A stretch of 64,000 nucleotides of DNA, taken from assembly GCA_034110565.1 (NCBI GenBank), contig JAWUYY010000033.1, positions 11,374 to 75,373 of the forward strand, read 5' to 3'. Source of the DNA: Bermanella sp. Its GTDB lineage: Bacteria > Pseudomonadota > Gammaproteobacteria > Pseudomonadales > Oceanobacteraceae. The notes under the pieces are model-generated. The model was not told the origin of the DNA and searched no databases. It was given only the letters and a program-made list of their open reading frames with translations. The position numbers and the translations under genes were made by a program. Below, piece by piece: positions 7,382 to 18,242 of this stretch; within the stretch, counting starts at the first letter, position 1; the number at the start of each line of letters is the position of its first letter.

Positions 7382-8542
7382 ATGCTATTTATTCCTACAT
7401 TAGGGCGTGCTTTGCCCTTGGTAATCGCCACGGCTGCTGCATCTGGTGTTGCGTATGCCGAAGATCAAAATGATCTTGAGCGTAGAGTTGAGGCGTTAGA
7501 AAAAGTAAAAATCACCGGTAGTTATCGCTTGAACTATACCGTTCAAGACTGGAACGAACGCCAAGAAGACCGCGGCGGTGATTTTCGTTTTAACCAGATC
7601 AATCTAGGGGCTGAGACTGAGAAAAACGGCGTGCGCTTATCTTCTCAATATCGTTGGTATGACGGTCTATCCATGGTTCACCACTTGTACTTTGCGACAG
7701 ATATTGATGATCAGTCTGAAATCCAAGTGGGTATTACAAAGGTTCCGTTCGGTATCCAGCCTTATGAGTCTCATAATGATTGGGGCGATAATTCTTTATA
7801 CATGGGCTTTAACGATGACTATGACGCTGGTGTTAAATACATTACTCAGCGTGATGCGTTAAACGTCCAGATTGCCTATTTCTCTAATGGTGATAAGAGC
7901 CCTAGTAATGCTGAGCGTTTTTCTGCGGATGTCGTTACATCTGTCGCTGAGAATGGTCAAGCAAACGAAGAAGCTCACCAGTTAAACTTACATACTAGCT
8001 ATAAAGTAGGCGGTAGTGAGTTTGGTGCGTCGGCTCAGTTGACCGGCTTGTATAACTCACAAACTAAGCAAATGGGTGATGCTTGGGCGGCTGCTCTGTT
8101 CTTGAATGGTAAGTACGATGCTTTTGGTGTCCAGCTTCAAGCGGGTCGTTATGAGTATAACCCTGAAAACCAAAGCGGCGTAAGCGATGACTCAGTGCAA
8201 ATCGCGTCGTTTGGTGCAACGTATCTTGTGGCAGCCAAAGCCAATATGTATGTGGCTAACTTCCATTATGACTTGCCTTATAAAGGGGGCATTGTCGATA
8301 TGATCCGAGTTTATAGTGATTACAACTTGATCGATAAAGATGAATCCAACTTTAAAGATTCTCAGATCCACACTCTAGGTGCTATGTTTGTAATGGGTGA
8401 CCTTTACACCTTCGTTGACCTTACTTCTGGTAAAAATGCGCTGTTTGTCGGTGGTGGCGATTATGAAAATGCCTTGGCTGCTGGCGATGGTGAAGATAAG
8501 TGGAATCGTTTCTTAAACGTTCAGTTTGGTTATTATTTCTAA
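7382..8542 (+). CDS. Outer-membrane beta-barrel (porin-like) protein
   Basis: Signal peptide ending AYA, short coiled coil (LERRVEALE), amphipathic beta strands, C-terminal QFGYYF; start refined from 7298. Confidence 0.8.
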   Translation: MLFIPTLGRALPLVIATAAASGVAYAEDQNDLERRVEALEKVKITGSYRLNYTVQDWNERQEDRGGDFRFNQINLGAETEKNGVRLSSQYRWYDGLSMVHHLYFATDIDDQSEIQVGITKVPFGIQPYESHNDWGDNSLYMGFNDDYDAGVKYITQRDALNVQIAYFSNGDKSPSNAERFSADVVTSVAENGQANEEAHQLNLHTSYKVGGSEFGASAQLTGLYNSQTKQMGDAWAAALFLNGKYDAFGVQLQAGRYEYNPENQSGVSDDSVQIASFGATYLVAAKANMYVANFHYDLPYKGGIVDMIRVYSDYNLIDKDESNFKDSQIHTLGAMFVMGDLYTFVDLTSGKNALFVGGGDYENALAAGDGEDKWNRFLNVQFGYYF

Positions 8543-8547
8543 GAAAC

Positions 8548-8587
8548 AAAAAAGCCCAAGTATCAAATAATACTTGGGCTTTTTTTT
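8548..8587. terminator. Bidirectional terminator between porin and smpB
   Basis: AAAAAAGCCCAAGTAT...ATACTTGGGCTTTTTTTT. Confidence 0.85.
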
Positions 8588-8629
8588 AATGATAAAACTA
8601 TTTAGGTAAGGGTAAGAAGGGGCGTCAAA

Positions 8630-9115
8630 TTAACGCACATCATGCTTCATAATGCGTTCTTTTTGCTTGTTCCAGTCTTTTTGTTTGTCAGCTTCACGCT
8701 TGTCGTGAGCCTGTTTACCTTTACCTAGGGCGATTTTGCATTTTACGTAAGGGCCTTTCCAGTACATTTCTAGGGCAACTAATGTGTAGCCCTTGGCGTT
8801 TGCAGCCATTTCGAACTTGTCGATCTCTTTGCGTTTTAGCAGGAGCTTTCGGTTTCGTCTTGGGTCGCAAATAACATGTGCACTGGCGGTATTAAGTGGG
8901 GTGATGTTAGCACCGTGAAGCCAAGCTTCACCTTGGTGTATCACCACAAAAGCATCTACAAGCTGGGCTTTGCCTGCTCGTATGCTCTTAACTTCCCAAC
9001 CTAATAATGCAACGCCGCATTCGGTTTTATCATCAAGCATGTAGTCGTGACGAGCACGTCTATTTTCGCAAATGCTTGAACCGCTGTTTTTGGATTTTTT
9101 ATTACTCTTAGCCAT
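8630..9115 (-). CDS. smpB: SsrA-binding protein
   Basis: NRRARHDY, GWEVKSIR, RKLLL and GKQAHDKRE motifs. Confidence 0.97.
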   Translation of the reverse strand: MAKSNKKSKNSGSSICENRRARHDYMLDDKTECGVALLGWEVKSIRAGKAQLVDAFVVIHQGEAWLHGANITPLNTASAHVICDPRRNRKLLLKRKEIDKFEMAANAKGYTLVALEMYWKGPYVKCKIALGKGKQAHDKREADKQKDWNKQKERIMKHDVR

Positions 9116-9284
9116 GGCAGCGATTATAGGGGCGAATTAGCCAAAAAGATACGCGATAAATAAGGGTTTGGGCTGGTTTTTTTACGGTTATTGATACCAT
9201 TTAAATTCTTGCGGTTAGATTCCCTTGAGATAGCACTAAAAATTACACACAATAACAGCAATCTATTTTTTAACAGGAAAGCAC

Positions 9285-10637
9285 ATGGCTGAGCAAAAGA
9301 GCATTCATGGTTTATGGCGTAGCCGCTGGCTATTTATTTTAGCAGCAACCGGTTCTGCGGTTGGTTTGGGTAATATTTGGAAGTTTCCTTACATTACAGG
9401 TGAAAACGGTGGCGGGGCGTTTGTCCTTGTTTACTTAGCGTGTATCTGTGTGATTGGTATTCCTGTGATGATTGCAGAGGTAACTCTAGGTCGTCTTGGT
9501 CGTCAAAGCCCGATTAATACCATGCATGCCTTGGTGAAAGATCAGGGCGCCGCTAAATTTTGGGGTGGAGTTGGCTGGATGGGTGCGGTATCTGGCTTTT
9601 TGATCTTATCATTTTATTCGGTAATCGCAGGTTGGTCGTTAGCCTATATATTCCGTATGGCAGGTGGTGCATTTGATGGAGCAACCTCTGAAAGTGTCGC
9701 GACTATTTTTAGTGGTTTATTAAGTAACCCTGAAGCCTTATTAGGCTGGCATACCATTTTTATGGTGTTAACGATTGGTATCGTGGCGCGAGGCGTGAAT
9801 AAAGGTTTAGAGCGTTCGATCAGTATTCTAATGCCAATGTTATTTTTAATTTTGGTCGTGTTGCTTGGTTACTCCATGAGTACAGAGGGTTTTTCAGCTG
9901 GGTTTAATTTCTTATTCAGCTTTGATTTCTCTAAAATTACCGCCGAAAGTATTGTTGTTGCATTAGGCCACGCTTTCTTCACGCTTAGCTTAGGTATGGG
10001 TGCCATCATGGCATACGGCGCGTACATGCCTAAGAATTCGTCTATTGGTAAAACCGTTTTGACGGTTGCTTTCTTAGATACCTTGATTGCCTTGGTTGCT
10101 GGCTTGGTTATCTTTCCTATTGTATTTAGTAATGGTCTTGAAGCAGGAGCGGGCCCTGGTTTGTTATTCCAGACCTTGCCACTGGCTTTTTCTCAAATGC
10201 CAGCAGGCACCATATTTGGCACCTTGTTCTTTATTTTAGTGGCTTTTGCTGCATTAAGTTCGGCGATTTCTCTAGGAGAACCTGTTGTGGCTTGGGCGGT
10301 TGAAAGCAAAGGTATGAGTCGTGTTGCTGCGGCTACTTGGATTGGTATTATCATCTGGATACTTGGTGTGGGTACAATCTTATCTTTCAATTTATGGGCT
10401 GATGTTAAGTTTTTTGGTCGAACTATTTTTGAAAATCTGGATTTCCTAACGGCCAACATTATGTTGCCACTGGGTGGTTTATTGATTGCTGTATTTGTGG
10501 GTTGGGTAATGCATAAGCAAGATGTGGCAGATGAAGTGAAAATGGAAACGACGTTTATGTATAATGTTTGGCGTTTCTTAGTGAAGTTTATTGCACCAGT
10601 GGCGGTTGCTATCGTGTTAATAAACGGATTGATCTAA
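9285..10637 (+). CDS. Sodium-dependent transporter, NSS/SNF family
   Basis: GSAVGLGNIWKFPY..GENGGGAF and FFTLSLG motifs. Confidence 0.95.
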   Translation: MAEQKSIHGLWRSRWLFILAATGSAVGLGNIWKFPYITGENGGGAFVLVYLACICVIGIPVMIAEVTLGRLGRQSPINTMHALVKDQGAAKFWGGVGWMGAVSGFLILSFYSVIAGWSLAYIFRMAGGAFDGATSESVATIFSGLLSNPEALLGWHTIFMVLTIGIVARGVNKGLERSISILMPMLFLILVVLLGYSMSTEGFSAGFNFLFSFDFSKITAESIVVALGHAFFTLSLGMGAIMAYGAYMPKNSSIGKTVLTVAFLDTLIALVAGLVIFPIVFSNGLEAGAGPGLLFQTLPLAFSQMPAGTIFGTLFFILVAFAALSSAISLGEPVVAWAVESKGMSRVAAATWIGIIIWILGVGTILSFNLWADVKFFGRTIFENLDFLTANIMLPLGGLLIAVFVGWVMHKQDVADEVKMETTFMYNVWRFLVKFIAPVAVAIVLINGLI

Positions 10638-10650
10638 TTTAAGGTAGTTT

Positions 10651-11085
10651 ATGGCTCACATTGAACGCTCGGCGTTGGTTATGCATAGTGCTGAGCGCAT
10701 GTTCACCTTAGTGTGTGATGTGCAATCTTATCCGCAGTTTTTACCTTGGTGTGTAGCTGCTCATTTGCTCTCAGAAAATGAGACTGAGTTGGTTGCAGGT
10801 ATGACCATTAAAAAAGGCGGGATTGAGCAAACTTTTACCACGCGAAATGAAAAGCAATCACCAGACTGGATGACCATGGAGCTAGTGGATGGGCCATTTA
10901 CCAAGCTTAGCGGCAAGTTTACGTTTCAACGTCTTAATGACGAGGCATGCAAGGTGATATTAGAATTAGACTTTGACGTGGCAGGTAAAATATTATCGAT
11001 GACTCTTAGCCCTATTTTTAAACAGGCTGCGAATACCATGGTTGATGCGTTCGTTCAGCGTGCAGATGTAGTATACGGAGCGTAA
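10651..11085 (+). CDS. ratA: RatA/PasT (Coq10 START-fold) protein
   Basis: V.DV..YP.FLPWC and L.DGPF..L.G motifs; synteny with smpB/bamE. Confidence 0.92.
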   Translation: MAHIERSALVMHSAERMFTLVCDVQSYPQFLPWCVAAHLLSENETELVAGMTIKKGGIEQTFTTRNEKQSPDWMTMELVDGPFTKLSGKFTFQRLNDEACKVILELDFDVAGKILSMTLSPIFKQAANTMVDAFVQRADVVYGA

Positions 11086-11086
11086 T

Positions 11087-11383
11087 ATGGCGCAGATACA
11101 AGTAGAAGTTGCTTACGCAACCCCCGAAAAACAACGAATCATTGCGCTAGATGTTGAAGAAGGCAGCACGGTTTATCAAGCTGCTGAGCAGTCCGGTATT
11201 TGTGATGTTTTTCCTGAGATTAATCTTGCTGACGCTAAAATGGGCATCTTTGGTAAGGCGGTGCGTAATCCTAACGATGAGCTCCTAAAGCAAGCTGATC
11301 GAGTTGAAATTTATCGCCCTCTTATTATTGATCCAAAAGTCGCTCGGGTTAATCGAGCGGCTAAAGCGGCGAAAAAAGTCTAG
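11087..11383 (+). CDS. ratB: RnfH/RatB ubiquitin-like protein
   Basis: VEVAYA, GIFGK and DRVEIYRPL..DPK motifs. Confidence 0.92.
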   Translation: MAQIQVEVAYATPEKQRIIALDVEEGSTVYQAAEQSGICDVFPEINLADAKMGIFGKAVRNPNDELLKQADRVEIYRPLIIDPKVARVNRAAKAAKKV

Positions 11384-11396
11384 TTATTAATGATAG

Positions 11397-11435
11397 AAAC
11401 AATAAAAAAGGCCCAGCGGGCCTTTTTTATTGTTT
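11397..11435. terminator. Bidirectional terminator between ratB and bamE
   Basis: AAACAATAAAAAAGGCCC-AGC-GGGCCTTTTTTATTGTTT. Confidence 0.85.
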
Positions 11436-11454
11436 GTTTTTTTACTTTAAGTGC

Positions 11455-11826
11455 TTATTCACCAAAGACTTTCACCGGCCTATCGTCAGCTTTTTGCAGC
11501 TCGGGAGCGGTTGATTCTGGTAATTTTCCTTCATAGTGGGTGTATTTCTGTGCTTGATTGAAATGCACTCGAATGTGGTACGCTTTTACTTCATCTTCAC
11601 GGCGTTCCGTACGGTAAATATAATCCCAGTGGCGAGTGCTGAATGTGTCTTTTAGTACTGGGTTGCCCATGATATAAGCCACTTGGCGTTTATCCATGCC
11701 CGGTTTAAGCTTATCAATCATGTCTTGAGTGACAATATTGCCTTGTTGCACGTTCAGTTTGTACACCTGCATAGAGCATGCGCTTAAGAATAATAAAACT
11801 GTGACTGTGATAATAAATCGAAACAT
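11455..11826 (-). CDS. bamE: Outer membrane assembly lipoprotein BamE
   Basis: Lipobox LSAC; QGN, GM.K.QV..IMG.P and WDY motifs; divergent from fur; start refined. Confidence 0.93.
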   Translation of the reverse strand: MFRFIITVTVLLFLSACSMQVYKLNVQQGNIVTQDMIDKLKPGMDKRQVAYIMGNPVLKDTFSTRHWDYIYRTERREDEVKAYHIRVHFNQAQKYTHYEGKLPESTAPELQKADDRPVKVFGE

Positions 11827-11904
11827 GTAGAATGACCGTAAATTAAAATTTGATTGTATAATACCCGAAGTTGCGTGGCTCGCAACGACCAAAGAGCATA
11901 CCCC

Positions 11905-12318
11905 ATGGCAGATGAAAACTTAGAATTACGCAAAGCAGGTCTTAAAGTGACACTGCCTCGAGTAAAAATACTGCAAATACTTGAAGCAGCGTCCGAACCG
12001 CACATGAGTGCGGAAGATGTATACAAAGCATTAATGGATGCCGACGAAGAAGTTGGCCTAGCGACGGTTTACCGTGTCTTAACTCAATTTGAGAGCGCAG
12101 GCTTGGTTGAACGTCATAACTTTGATGGCGGCCACAGTGTGTTTGAACTTGATCGCGGTGACCACCATGACCACATGGTCTGTGTCAAAACAGGTCAAGT
12201 TATTGAGTTCGTGAATGAAGAAATTGAAAAACTTCAAAATCAAATTGCTGAAGAATATGGCTATGAACTGGTAGAGCACAATCTTGTATTGTATGTGAAA
12301 CCAAAAGACAGTAAGTAA
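11905..12318 (+). CDS. fur: Ferric uptake regulator
   Basis: [21 protein letters not shown] and HHDH motifs; start refined. Confidence 0.97.
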   Translation: MADENLELRKAGLKVTLPRVKILQILEAASEPHMSAEDVYKALMDADEEVGLATVYRVLTQFESAGLVERHNFDGGHSVFELDRGDHHDHMVCVKTGQVIEFVNEEIEKLQNQIAEEYGYELVEHNLVLYVKPKDSK

Positions 12319-12332
12319 TCGTTTTGTATAGT

Positions 12333-12360
12333 AAAAAAGCCAGCTTAGCTGGCTTTTTTT
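12333..12360. terminator. Bidirectional terminator between fur and recN
   Basis: AAAAAAGCCAGCT-T-AGCTGGCTTTTTTT. Confidence 0.85.
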
Positions 12361-12491
12361 ATGTCTGTAAATACTGAATCATGAGTAGTGCCTGCCTTAC
12401 CCTTTCCTTAGGGAATCAGCAGGCTATGGCAGCTGGGGTTGCCGTGCCCCCATCCTTGGGGTTCTCCGTCCACACAGAGTCTGTATGCGGC

Positions 12492-14165
12492 CTAAGCTTG
12501 TGCCGCCATTAGCATGTCTTTGGCATGGGCAAGAGTGAGGTCGCTGATTGCAAGGCCTCCCATCATGCGAGCCAGTTCTTGCTGTCGTTGATCTTTATCG
12601 AGTTTACGTATTTGAGTTCGTGTTTGTTGTTTACCGCTGAGTTTATTGACTAATAAATGCTGGTGAGCAAGGGCAGCTACCTGTGGTTGGTGAGTCACAC
12701 TAATTACCTGCTTGCTCGCTCCGAGTTGCTTGAGTAATCGCCCCATACGTTCGGCAGTTGCGCCGCCAACACCGACGTCTATTTCATCAAATATAAGAGT
12801 ATCAGGCCCTTGCTGAATCAAAATTTGTAAGGCTAGGCTGATACGTGAAAGTTCACCACCTGAGGCGACTTTTTGCAGAGGCTGTAATGCTTGACCAGGG
12901 TTAAAGCTGACCAATAGCTGGATTAGATCCACACCATGCTTACTGGCTTTATGAATGGGCTGACTATCAATTTCAAATTGTATTTGGGCTTTATCCAGCG
13001 CAAGTTGTTTCAGTTGCTTGAGTAGCGCGTTACGTAGTTTTTCAGCGGCTTTATGGCGAGCACTGCTTAGTGCACTACTATGGCCTGTAAAGGTTTGCTC
13101 GGCTTCTTCAAGGGCTAAGACAAGGTCATCAAGGGATTGGTCCTTACCTTTAAGCTGACCTAGTTCCTCGGCTAATTTAATGTGAAGTTCCATTAGCTCT
13201 TCAGGGCGCACTTTATGTTTGCGCGCTAATTCATAAATAGCATTAAGGCGCTCTTCTACGTGTTGTAAGCGCTGAGGGTTGATCTCAAAATTATCAATAT
13301 AATTGGATAGCTCGTTGGTTGCTTCACCCATTACTAGGTAGGCTTGATTTAATAGTTCGTGGGCGCTGGCTAATGCCGGGCTGCTATCAATAAGAGGGTC
13401 TAGTTTTTGTAGCGCCTTTTGTATGGCTTCGTAGGCATCTGCTTGGTCTTCATCGTTCTGGCACAAGTGCAGTGCTTGTTGGGCGCTGAGTAAATGAGTT
13501 TCTGCATTGGCTAGACGCTTTTGTTCAACCTCTAGTGCTTCGACTTCATCTGGTTGTAGGTCGACAAGATCAAGCTCTTGAACTTGATATTCTAATAGTT
13601 GAATGCGGGCCAATGACTCGTCAGTTTGGTTTTGCAGACGATCTACTCGGGTCTTAAGGTCTTGCCATTGGCTGTAACTGGTTTTGACATCCTGTAAAAG
13701 AGTGCCGTATTGGCCGTAGTTATCTAGTAATTGGCGCGGTGCATCTTTATGCAGCAAAATTTGGTGGGCATGCTGACCATGGATGTCGAGTACTTGTTGC
13801 CCCAGCTCTTTTAGCTGCTGCAGTGGCGCTGGACGACCGTTAATATAGCCGCGACTGCGCCCTTCATTGGTAATGATGCGTGATAATATTAGCTGGTCTT
13901 GATCATCAGACATGTCATTTGCGTCAAGCCAAGCTCGTAATTTGGGTTTGTTCGTTAACTCAAAGCAGGCATAGATTTCCGCTTTGGTTGCGCCAGGGCG
14001 CACGTGGCTGCCCTCTGCTTTGCCACCGGTAGCGAGAGATAAAGCATCCAGCATGATGGATTTACCTGCTCCAGTTTCACCAGTAACAGCGCTAAAGCCC
14101 GAGCTAAGATCCAGTTCGAGGCTGTCGACAATGGTGAAGTCCTTAATAGATATATGTGCCAGCAT
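12492..14165 (-). CDS. recN: DNA repair protein RecN
   Basis: TGETGAGKS, IHGQH, ASGGELSR, FDEID and THQPQVA motifs. Confidence 0.97.
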   Translation of the reverse strand: MLAHISIKDFTIVDSLELDLSSGFSAVTGETGAGKSIMLDALSLATGGKAEGSHVRPGATKAEIYACFELTNKPKLRAWLDANDMSDDQDQLILSRIITNEGRSRGYINGRPAPLQQLKELGQQVLDIHGQHAHQILLHKDAPRQLLDNYGQYGTLLQDVKTSYSQWQDLKTRVDRLQNQTDESLARIQLLEYQVQELDLVDLQPDEVEALEVEQKRLANAETHLLSAQQALHLCQNDEDQADAYEAIQKALQKLDPLIDSSPALASAHELLNQAYLVMGEATNELSNYIDNFEINPQRLQHVEERLNAIYELARKHKVRPEELMELHIKLAEELGQLKGKDQSLDDLVLALEEAEQTFTGHSSALSSARHKAAEKLRNALLKQLKQLALDKAQIQFEIDSQPIHKASKHGVDLIQLLVSFNPGQALQPLQKVASGGELSRISLALQILIQQGPDTLIFDEIDVGVGGATAERMGRLLKQLGASKQVISVTHQPQVAALAHQHLLVNKLSGKQQTRTQIRKLDKDQRQQELARMMGGLAISDLTLAHAKDMLMAAQA

Positions 14166-14178
14166 AGCGCCTAAATTC

Positions 14179-14210
14179 CTGTATGTTTATACATGTGTTT
14201 ATTTATACAG
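14179..14210. promoter_or_regulatory. Two abutting LexA (SOS) boxes upstream of recN
   Basis: CTGTATGTTTATACAT and GTGTTTATTTATACAG, each one mismatch from CTGT-N8-ACAG. Confidence 0.8.
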
Positions 14211-14232
14211 TAAAATTTGTATTTGTAAAGTT

Positions 14233-14260
14233 CTTGAAACTGTTTTTTCCATCCCCATAT
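14233..14260 (+). promoter_or_regulatory. sigma32 promoter of grpE
   Basis: CTTGAAA-N13-CCCCATAT. Confidence 0.88.
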
Positions 14261-14303
14261 AGTGCAAACAGAATTTTTATTGACCCGCGTGTTGGAGAGA
14301 CGA

Positions 14304-14879
14304 ATGTCAGATCACGAAAACATCACTCCCGAGATGGAAAACGAAGAACAATTTGCCCAAGGACAAGCAAGTGCAGAGGCTGAGTCGGCAGAACAAGGTG
14401 CTGACGATCAAGTCAATCAACTGCAAGCTGAAGTGGCAGAGTTGAAAGAAGAAGTGCTGCGTGCTCAAGCGGAAACGCAAAATGTACGTCGTCGCGCAGA
14501 AAGCGATGTGGAAAAAGCACATAAGTTCAGTACTGAAAAGTTTGCTCGTGAACTATTGAACGTGGTGGATAACCTCGACCGCGCCATGGCCATGAGCCCA
14601 GACGATGAGGTGGTTAAGCCTTTCCTTGAAGGCATCGAGATGACCCATAAAAGCTTTATCGATACTTTAAAGAAATTCAGCGTAGAGCAGATCAACCCAG
14701 AAGGGCATCCGTTCGATCCTGAAATGCACCAAGCTATTTCAATGGTAGAAGCGCCAGACTCAGAACCCAATACCGTGTTAAATGTTGTGCAAAAAGGCTA
14801 TACCAACCATGGTCGCCTTTTACGTCCAGCGATGGTGGTGGTATCAAAACCTGCTTCAAAAGTAGATGAACAAGCTTAA
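14304..14879 (+). CDS. grpE: Nucleotide exchange factor GrpE
   Basis: LRAQAE.QNVRRR, FDP..HQA, QKGY..GRLLRPAMV motifs; GGAGA RBS before ATG 14304. Confidence 0.97.
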   Translation: MSDHENITPEMENEEQFAQGQASAEAESAEQGADDQVNQLQAEVAELKEEVLRAQAETQNVRRRAESDVEKAHKFSTEKFARELLNVVDNLDRAMAMSPDDEVVKPFLEGIEMTHKSFIDTLKKFSVEQINPEGHPFDPEMHQAISMVEAPDSEPNTVLNVVQKGYTNHGRLLRPAMVVVSKPASKVDEQA

Positions 14880-14966
14880 GTGTCTTGCGGCCTGTGAGTG
14901 CTTTATTTGCCTTGTTCGAGCTTCGTTCAAAGGACTTAAATAAAAGCATTTTTTTTAAGTCACAGG

Positions 14967-14996
14967 CTTGAAATAAAAATAGCCATACCCACATTA
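14967..14996 (+). promoter_or_regulatory. sigma32 promoter of dnaK
   Basis: CTTGAAA-N14-CCCACATTA. Confidence 0.7.
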
Positions 14997-15075
14997 AGGG
15001 TATGCAAACGATTAACGCTCACTGAGCAAAGAATAGGGCTAGCGCTCTTACGAATTTAGATTGGAGAAAAATATT

Positions 15076-16986
15076 ATGGGTAAAATCATTGGTATCGACT
15101 TAGGCACCACAAACTCTTGTGTGGCTGTATTAGATGGCGGAAAAACTCGCGTAATTGAAAACGCAGAGGGCGATCGCACAACCCCTTCTATCATTGCATA
15201 TGCAGAAGACGGTGAAATTCTAGTAGGTCAGCCTGCAAAACGTCAGGCGGTTACTAACCCTACAAACACTTTATACGCGATTAAGCGTCTTATTGGTCGT
15301 CGTTTCGAAGACGATGTTGTACAAAAAGACATTAAAATGGTGCCTTATAAAATTACAAAGGCCGATAACGGTGATGCATGGGTAGAAGTGAAAGGCGAGA
15401 AATACGCGCCACCACAAATTTCTGCTGAAGTATTGAAGAAAATGAAAAAGACCGCTGAAGATTTCTTAGGCGAAAAAGTAACAGAAGCGGTTATAACCGT
15501 TCCTGCTTACTTTAACGATGCTCAGCGTCAAGCAACGAAAGATGCGGGTAAAATCGCCGGTCTTGATGTTAAGCGTATTATCAACGAACCAACCGCAGCG
15601 GCCCTTGCTTACGGCATGGACAAAGAAGGCGGTGACCGCACTATCGCAGTATATGACTTAGGTGGTGGTACGTTTGATATCTCTATCATCGAAATTGCTG
15701 ACGTAGACGGTGAAAAACAATTCGAAGTATTAGCCACTAACGGCGATACTTTCTTAGGTGGTGAAGATTTCGATATGCGCCTAATCGAATTCTTAGCGGC
15801 TGAGTTTAAGAAAGATTCAGGTATGGATCTAACAGGCGACCCGCTTGCCATGCAACGTCTAAAAGAAGCCGCTGAAAAAGCAAAAGTGGAATTATCTTCA
15901 GCGTCTCAAACTGATGTTAACTTGCCTTACATCACAGCTGACGCGACTGGTCCTAAACACTTAAATGTAAAAGTGACTCGCTCTAAATTAGAATCTTTAG
16001 TTGAAGATCTAGTTAAGAATTCACTTAAGCCTTGTGAAATGGCACTTAAAGATTCTGGCCTAAGTGCTGCTGAAATTGATGAAGTGATTTTAGTAGGTGG
16101 TCAAACTCGTATGCCACTTGTACAAAAATTAGTAACGGATTTCTTTGGCAAAGAGCCACGTAAAGACGTGAACCCAGATGAAGCTGTTGCCATGGGTGCT
16201 GCACTACAAGGTGCTGTACTATCTGGTGATGTAAAAGACGTTTTACTTCTAGATGTTACGCCTCTAACTCTAGGTATTGAAACCATGGGTGGTGTGGCGA
16301 CTGCACTGATTGAAAAAAACACAACGATTCCAACTAAGAAATCTCAAGTGTTCTCGACTGCGGACGATAACCAATCAGCTGTAACCATTCACGTGGTTCA
16401 AGGTGAGCGTAAGCAAGCATCACAGAACAAGTCACTTGGTCGTTTCGATTTATCTGACATTCCACCGTCACCGCGTGGTATGCCACAAATAGAAGTTACC
16501 TTTGATATTGATGCCAACGGTATCTTGAATGTAAACGCAAAAGATAAAGCGACAGGCAAAGAGCAGTCTATTGTCATTAAAGCATCTTCTGGTTTAAGCG
16601 ATGAAGAAGTCGAGCAAATGGTAAAAGACGCCGAAGCTAACGCTGAAGCGGATAAAAAGTTCGAAGATATGATCCAAGTACGCAACACTGCGGACGGAAT
16701 GGTTCACGCAACTAAGAAGACTCTTGAAGAAGCAGGCGACAAAGCCACTGAAGAAGAGAAAACAGCCATCGAAGCAGCTATCGCTGAAGTTGAAGCAGCC
16801 CTAAAAGGCGACGACAAAGACGCCATTGAAGCGGCAACCGCTAAGTTAACGGAAGCGTCTTCTGCTCTTGCTCAAAAAATGTATGCCGAACAAGCGGCTG
16901 CTGAGCAACAAGCTGGTGGCGAACAAGAAGCAGGCAAAGACGACGATGTTGTAGATGCTGAGTTTGAAGAAGTAAAAGACAAGTAA
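15076..16986 (+). CDS. dnaK: Chaperone DnaK (Hsp70)
   Basis: [14 protein letters not shown] ... [10 protein letters not shown]. Confidence 0.99.
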   Translation: MGKIIGIDLGTTNSCVAVLDGGKTRVIENAEGDRTTPSIIAYAEDGEILVGQPAKRQAVTNPTNTLYAIKRLIGRRFEDDVVQKDIKMVPYKITKADNGDAWVEVKGEKYAPPQISAEVLKKMKKTAEDFLGEKVTEAVITVPAYFNDAQRQATKDAGKIAGLDVKRIINEPTAAALAYGMDKEGGDRTIAVYDLGGGTFDISIIEIADVDGEKQFEVLATNGDTFLGGEDFDMRLIEFLAAEFKKDSGMDLTGDPLAMQRLKEAAEKAKVELSSASQTDVNLPYITADATGPKHLNVKVTRSKLESLVEDLVKNSLKPCEMALKDSGLSAAEIDEVILVGGQTRMPLVQKLVTDFFGKEPRKDVNPDEAVAMGAALQGAVLSGDVKDVLLLDVTPLTLGIETMGGVATALIEKNTTIPTKKSQVFSTADDNQSAVTIHVVQGERKQASQNKSLGRFDLSDIPPSPRGMPQIEVTFDIDANGILNVNAKDKATGKEQSIVIKASSGLSDEEVEQMVKDAEANAEADKKFEDMIQVRNTADGMVHATKKTLEEAGDKATEEEKTAIEAAIAEVEAALKGDDKDAIEAATAKLTEASSALAQKMYAEQAAAEQQAGGEQEAGKDDDVVDAEFEEVKDK

Positions 16987-17063
16987 TAAGCGCTAGATGG
17001 GGGACGGGAGACGTGAAGTAATTTGCGCCTCCCGTCTTGCGTCTCACATCTAACGGAACAAGT

Positions 17064-18170
17064 ATGTCAAAACGTGATTTTTACGAAATTTTAGGTGTCG
17101 CTAAAGGCGCGGACGCAAAAGAAGTTAAGCGTGCGTACCGAAAACTCGCCATGAAATATCACCCGGATAGAAACCCGGATGATAAAGATGCTGATTCAAA
17201 ATTTAAAGAAGCGACCGAAGCTTATGAGATATTAAGTGATGATCAAAAGCGTGGCGCTTATGATCAGTACGGTCATGCAGGCGTAGACGGTTCTGCTGGC
17301 CACGGTGGTGGTAGTGGAAACTTCAGCGATATTTTCGGTGATGTGTTTGGTGATATTTTTGGCGGCGGCGGTCGTGGGGGGCGTAGTGGCCCGCAGCGTG
17401 GTAGCGATTTAAAATATAACCTAGAGCTAACGCTTGAGCAGGCGGTGAAAGGTGCGGAAGTTAAAATCCGAGTGCCTACTTTAGTGAACTGCAATACCTG
17501 TCACGGCTCAGGTGCTAAAGATGGTTCGACACCAATTACCTGTAATACGTGCCATGGCCAAGGTCAGGTACGCATGCAACAGGGTTTTTTCTCTGTGCAG
17601 CAAGCGTGTCCAACGTGTCGTGGCCAAGGCACCATCATTAAAGACCCATGTACTTCTTGTCATGGACAAGGCGTTAAAGAAGAAACTAAAACGCTCAATG
17701 TGAAAGTACCTGCTGGTGTTGATAATGGCGATCGTATTCGTTTAAGCGGTGAAGGTGAAGCAGGACCGCATGGTGGTCCAGCCGGCGATTTATATGTTGA
17801 AACCCATATTAAGCCGCACAGCATTTTTGAGCGTGATGGTCGAAATCTTTATTGCGACGTCCCAATAAGCATCGCAGATGCGGCTCTTGGCGGCGAGATT
17901 GAAGTGCCCACATTAGATGGACGCGTGAATCTTAAGATCCCAGCCGAAACCCAAAGCGGTAAATTGTTCCGTTTACGTGGTAAAGGTGTCGTGCCGGTAC
18001 GTGGCGGCTCAACGGGTGATTTATTATGCCGCGTGATGGTCGAAACGCCGGTTAAGTTGACAGAGCATCAGAAGAAGATCTTGAAAGAATTTCAAGCTTC
18101 TTTGAAAGGTGAAAAGCACTCGCCAAAAAAGAAGACATGGTTCGATAATGTGAAAACATTCTTCGAATAA
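17064..18170 (+). CDS. dnaJ: Chaperone DnaJ
   Basis: J domain with HPD, G/F region, four CxxCxGxG repeats. Confidence 0.99.
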   Translation: MSKRDFYEILGVAKGADAKEVKRAYRKLAMKYHPDRNPDDKDADSKFKEATEAYEILSDDQKRGAYDQYGHAGVDGSAGHGGGSGNFSDIFGDVFGDIFGGGGRGGRSGPQRGSDLKYNLELTLEQAVKGAEVKIRVPTLVNCNTCHGSGAKDGSTPITCNTCHGQGQVRMQQGFFSVQQACPTCRGQGTIIKDPCTSCHGQGVKEETKTLNVKVPAGVDNGDRIRLSGEGEAGPHGGPAGDLYVETHIKPHSIFERDGRNLYCDVPISIADAALGGEIEVPTLDGRVNLKIPAETQSGKLFRLRGKGVVPVRGGSTGDLLCRVMVETPVKLTEHQKKILKEFQASLKGEKHSPKKKTWFDNVKTFFE

Positions 18171-18211
18171 ATCCCTAGCCGCCCTTATGGGAGGTTAATG
18201 GATTACAAGAT

Positions 18212-18242
18212 AAAGCCTCAATGTGAAAGCATTGAGGCTTTT
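18212..18242 (+). terminator. Terminator after dnaJ
   Basis: AAAGCCTCAATG-loop-CATTGAGGCTTTT. Confidence 0.8.

Noticed and set aside
10651-11383. Accessory toxin-antitoxin module
   Set aside because: ratA-ratB is a core locus next to smpB and bamE; RatA is a Coq10-like protein.
12385-12430. Hammerhead ribozyme (CTGA...GAAA on the minus strand)
   Set aside because: The CUGANGA core is incomplete and the three-stem junction cannot be formed.
16995-17050. Novel RNA between dnaK and dnaJ
   Set aside because: Long hairpin without a U-tract; consistent with an ordinary intercistronic stability/processing stem.
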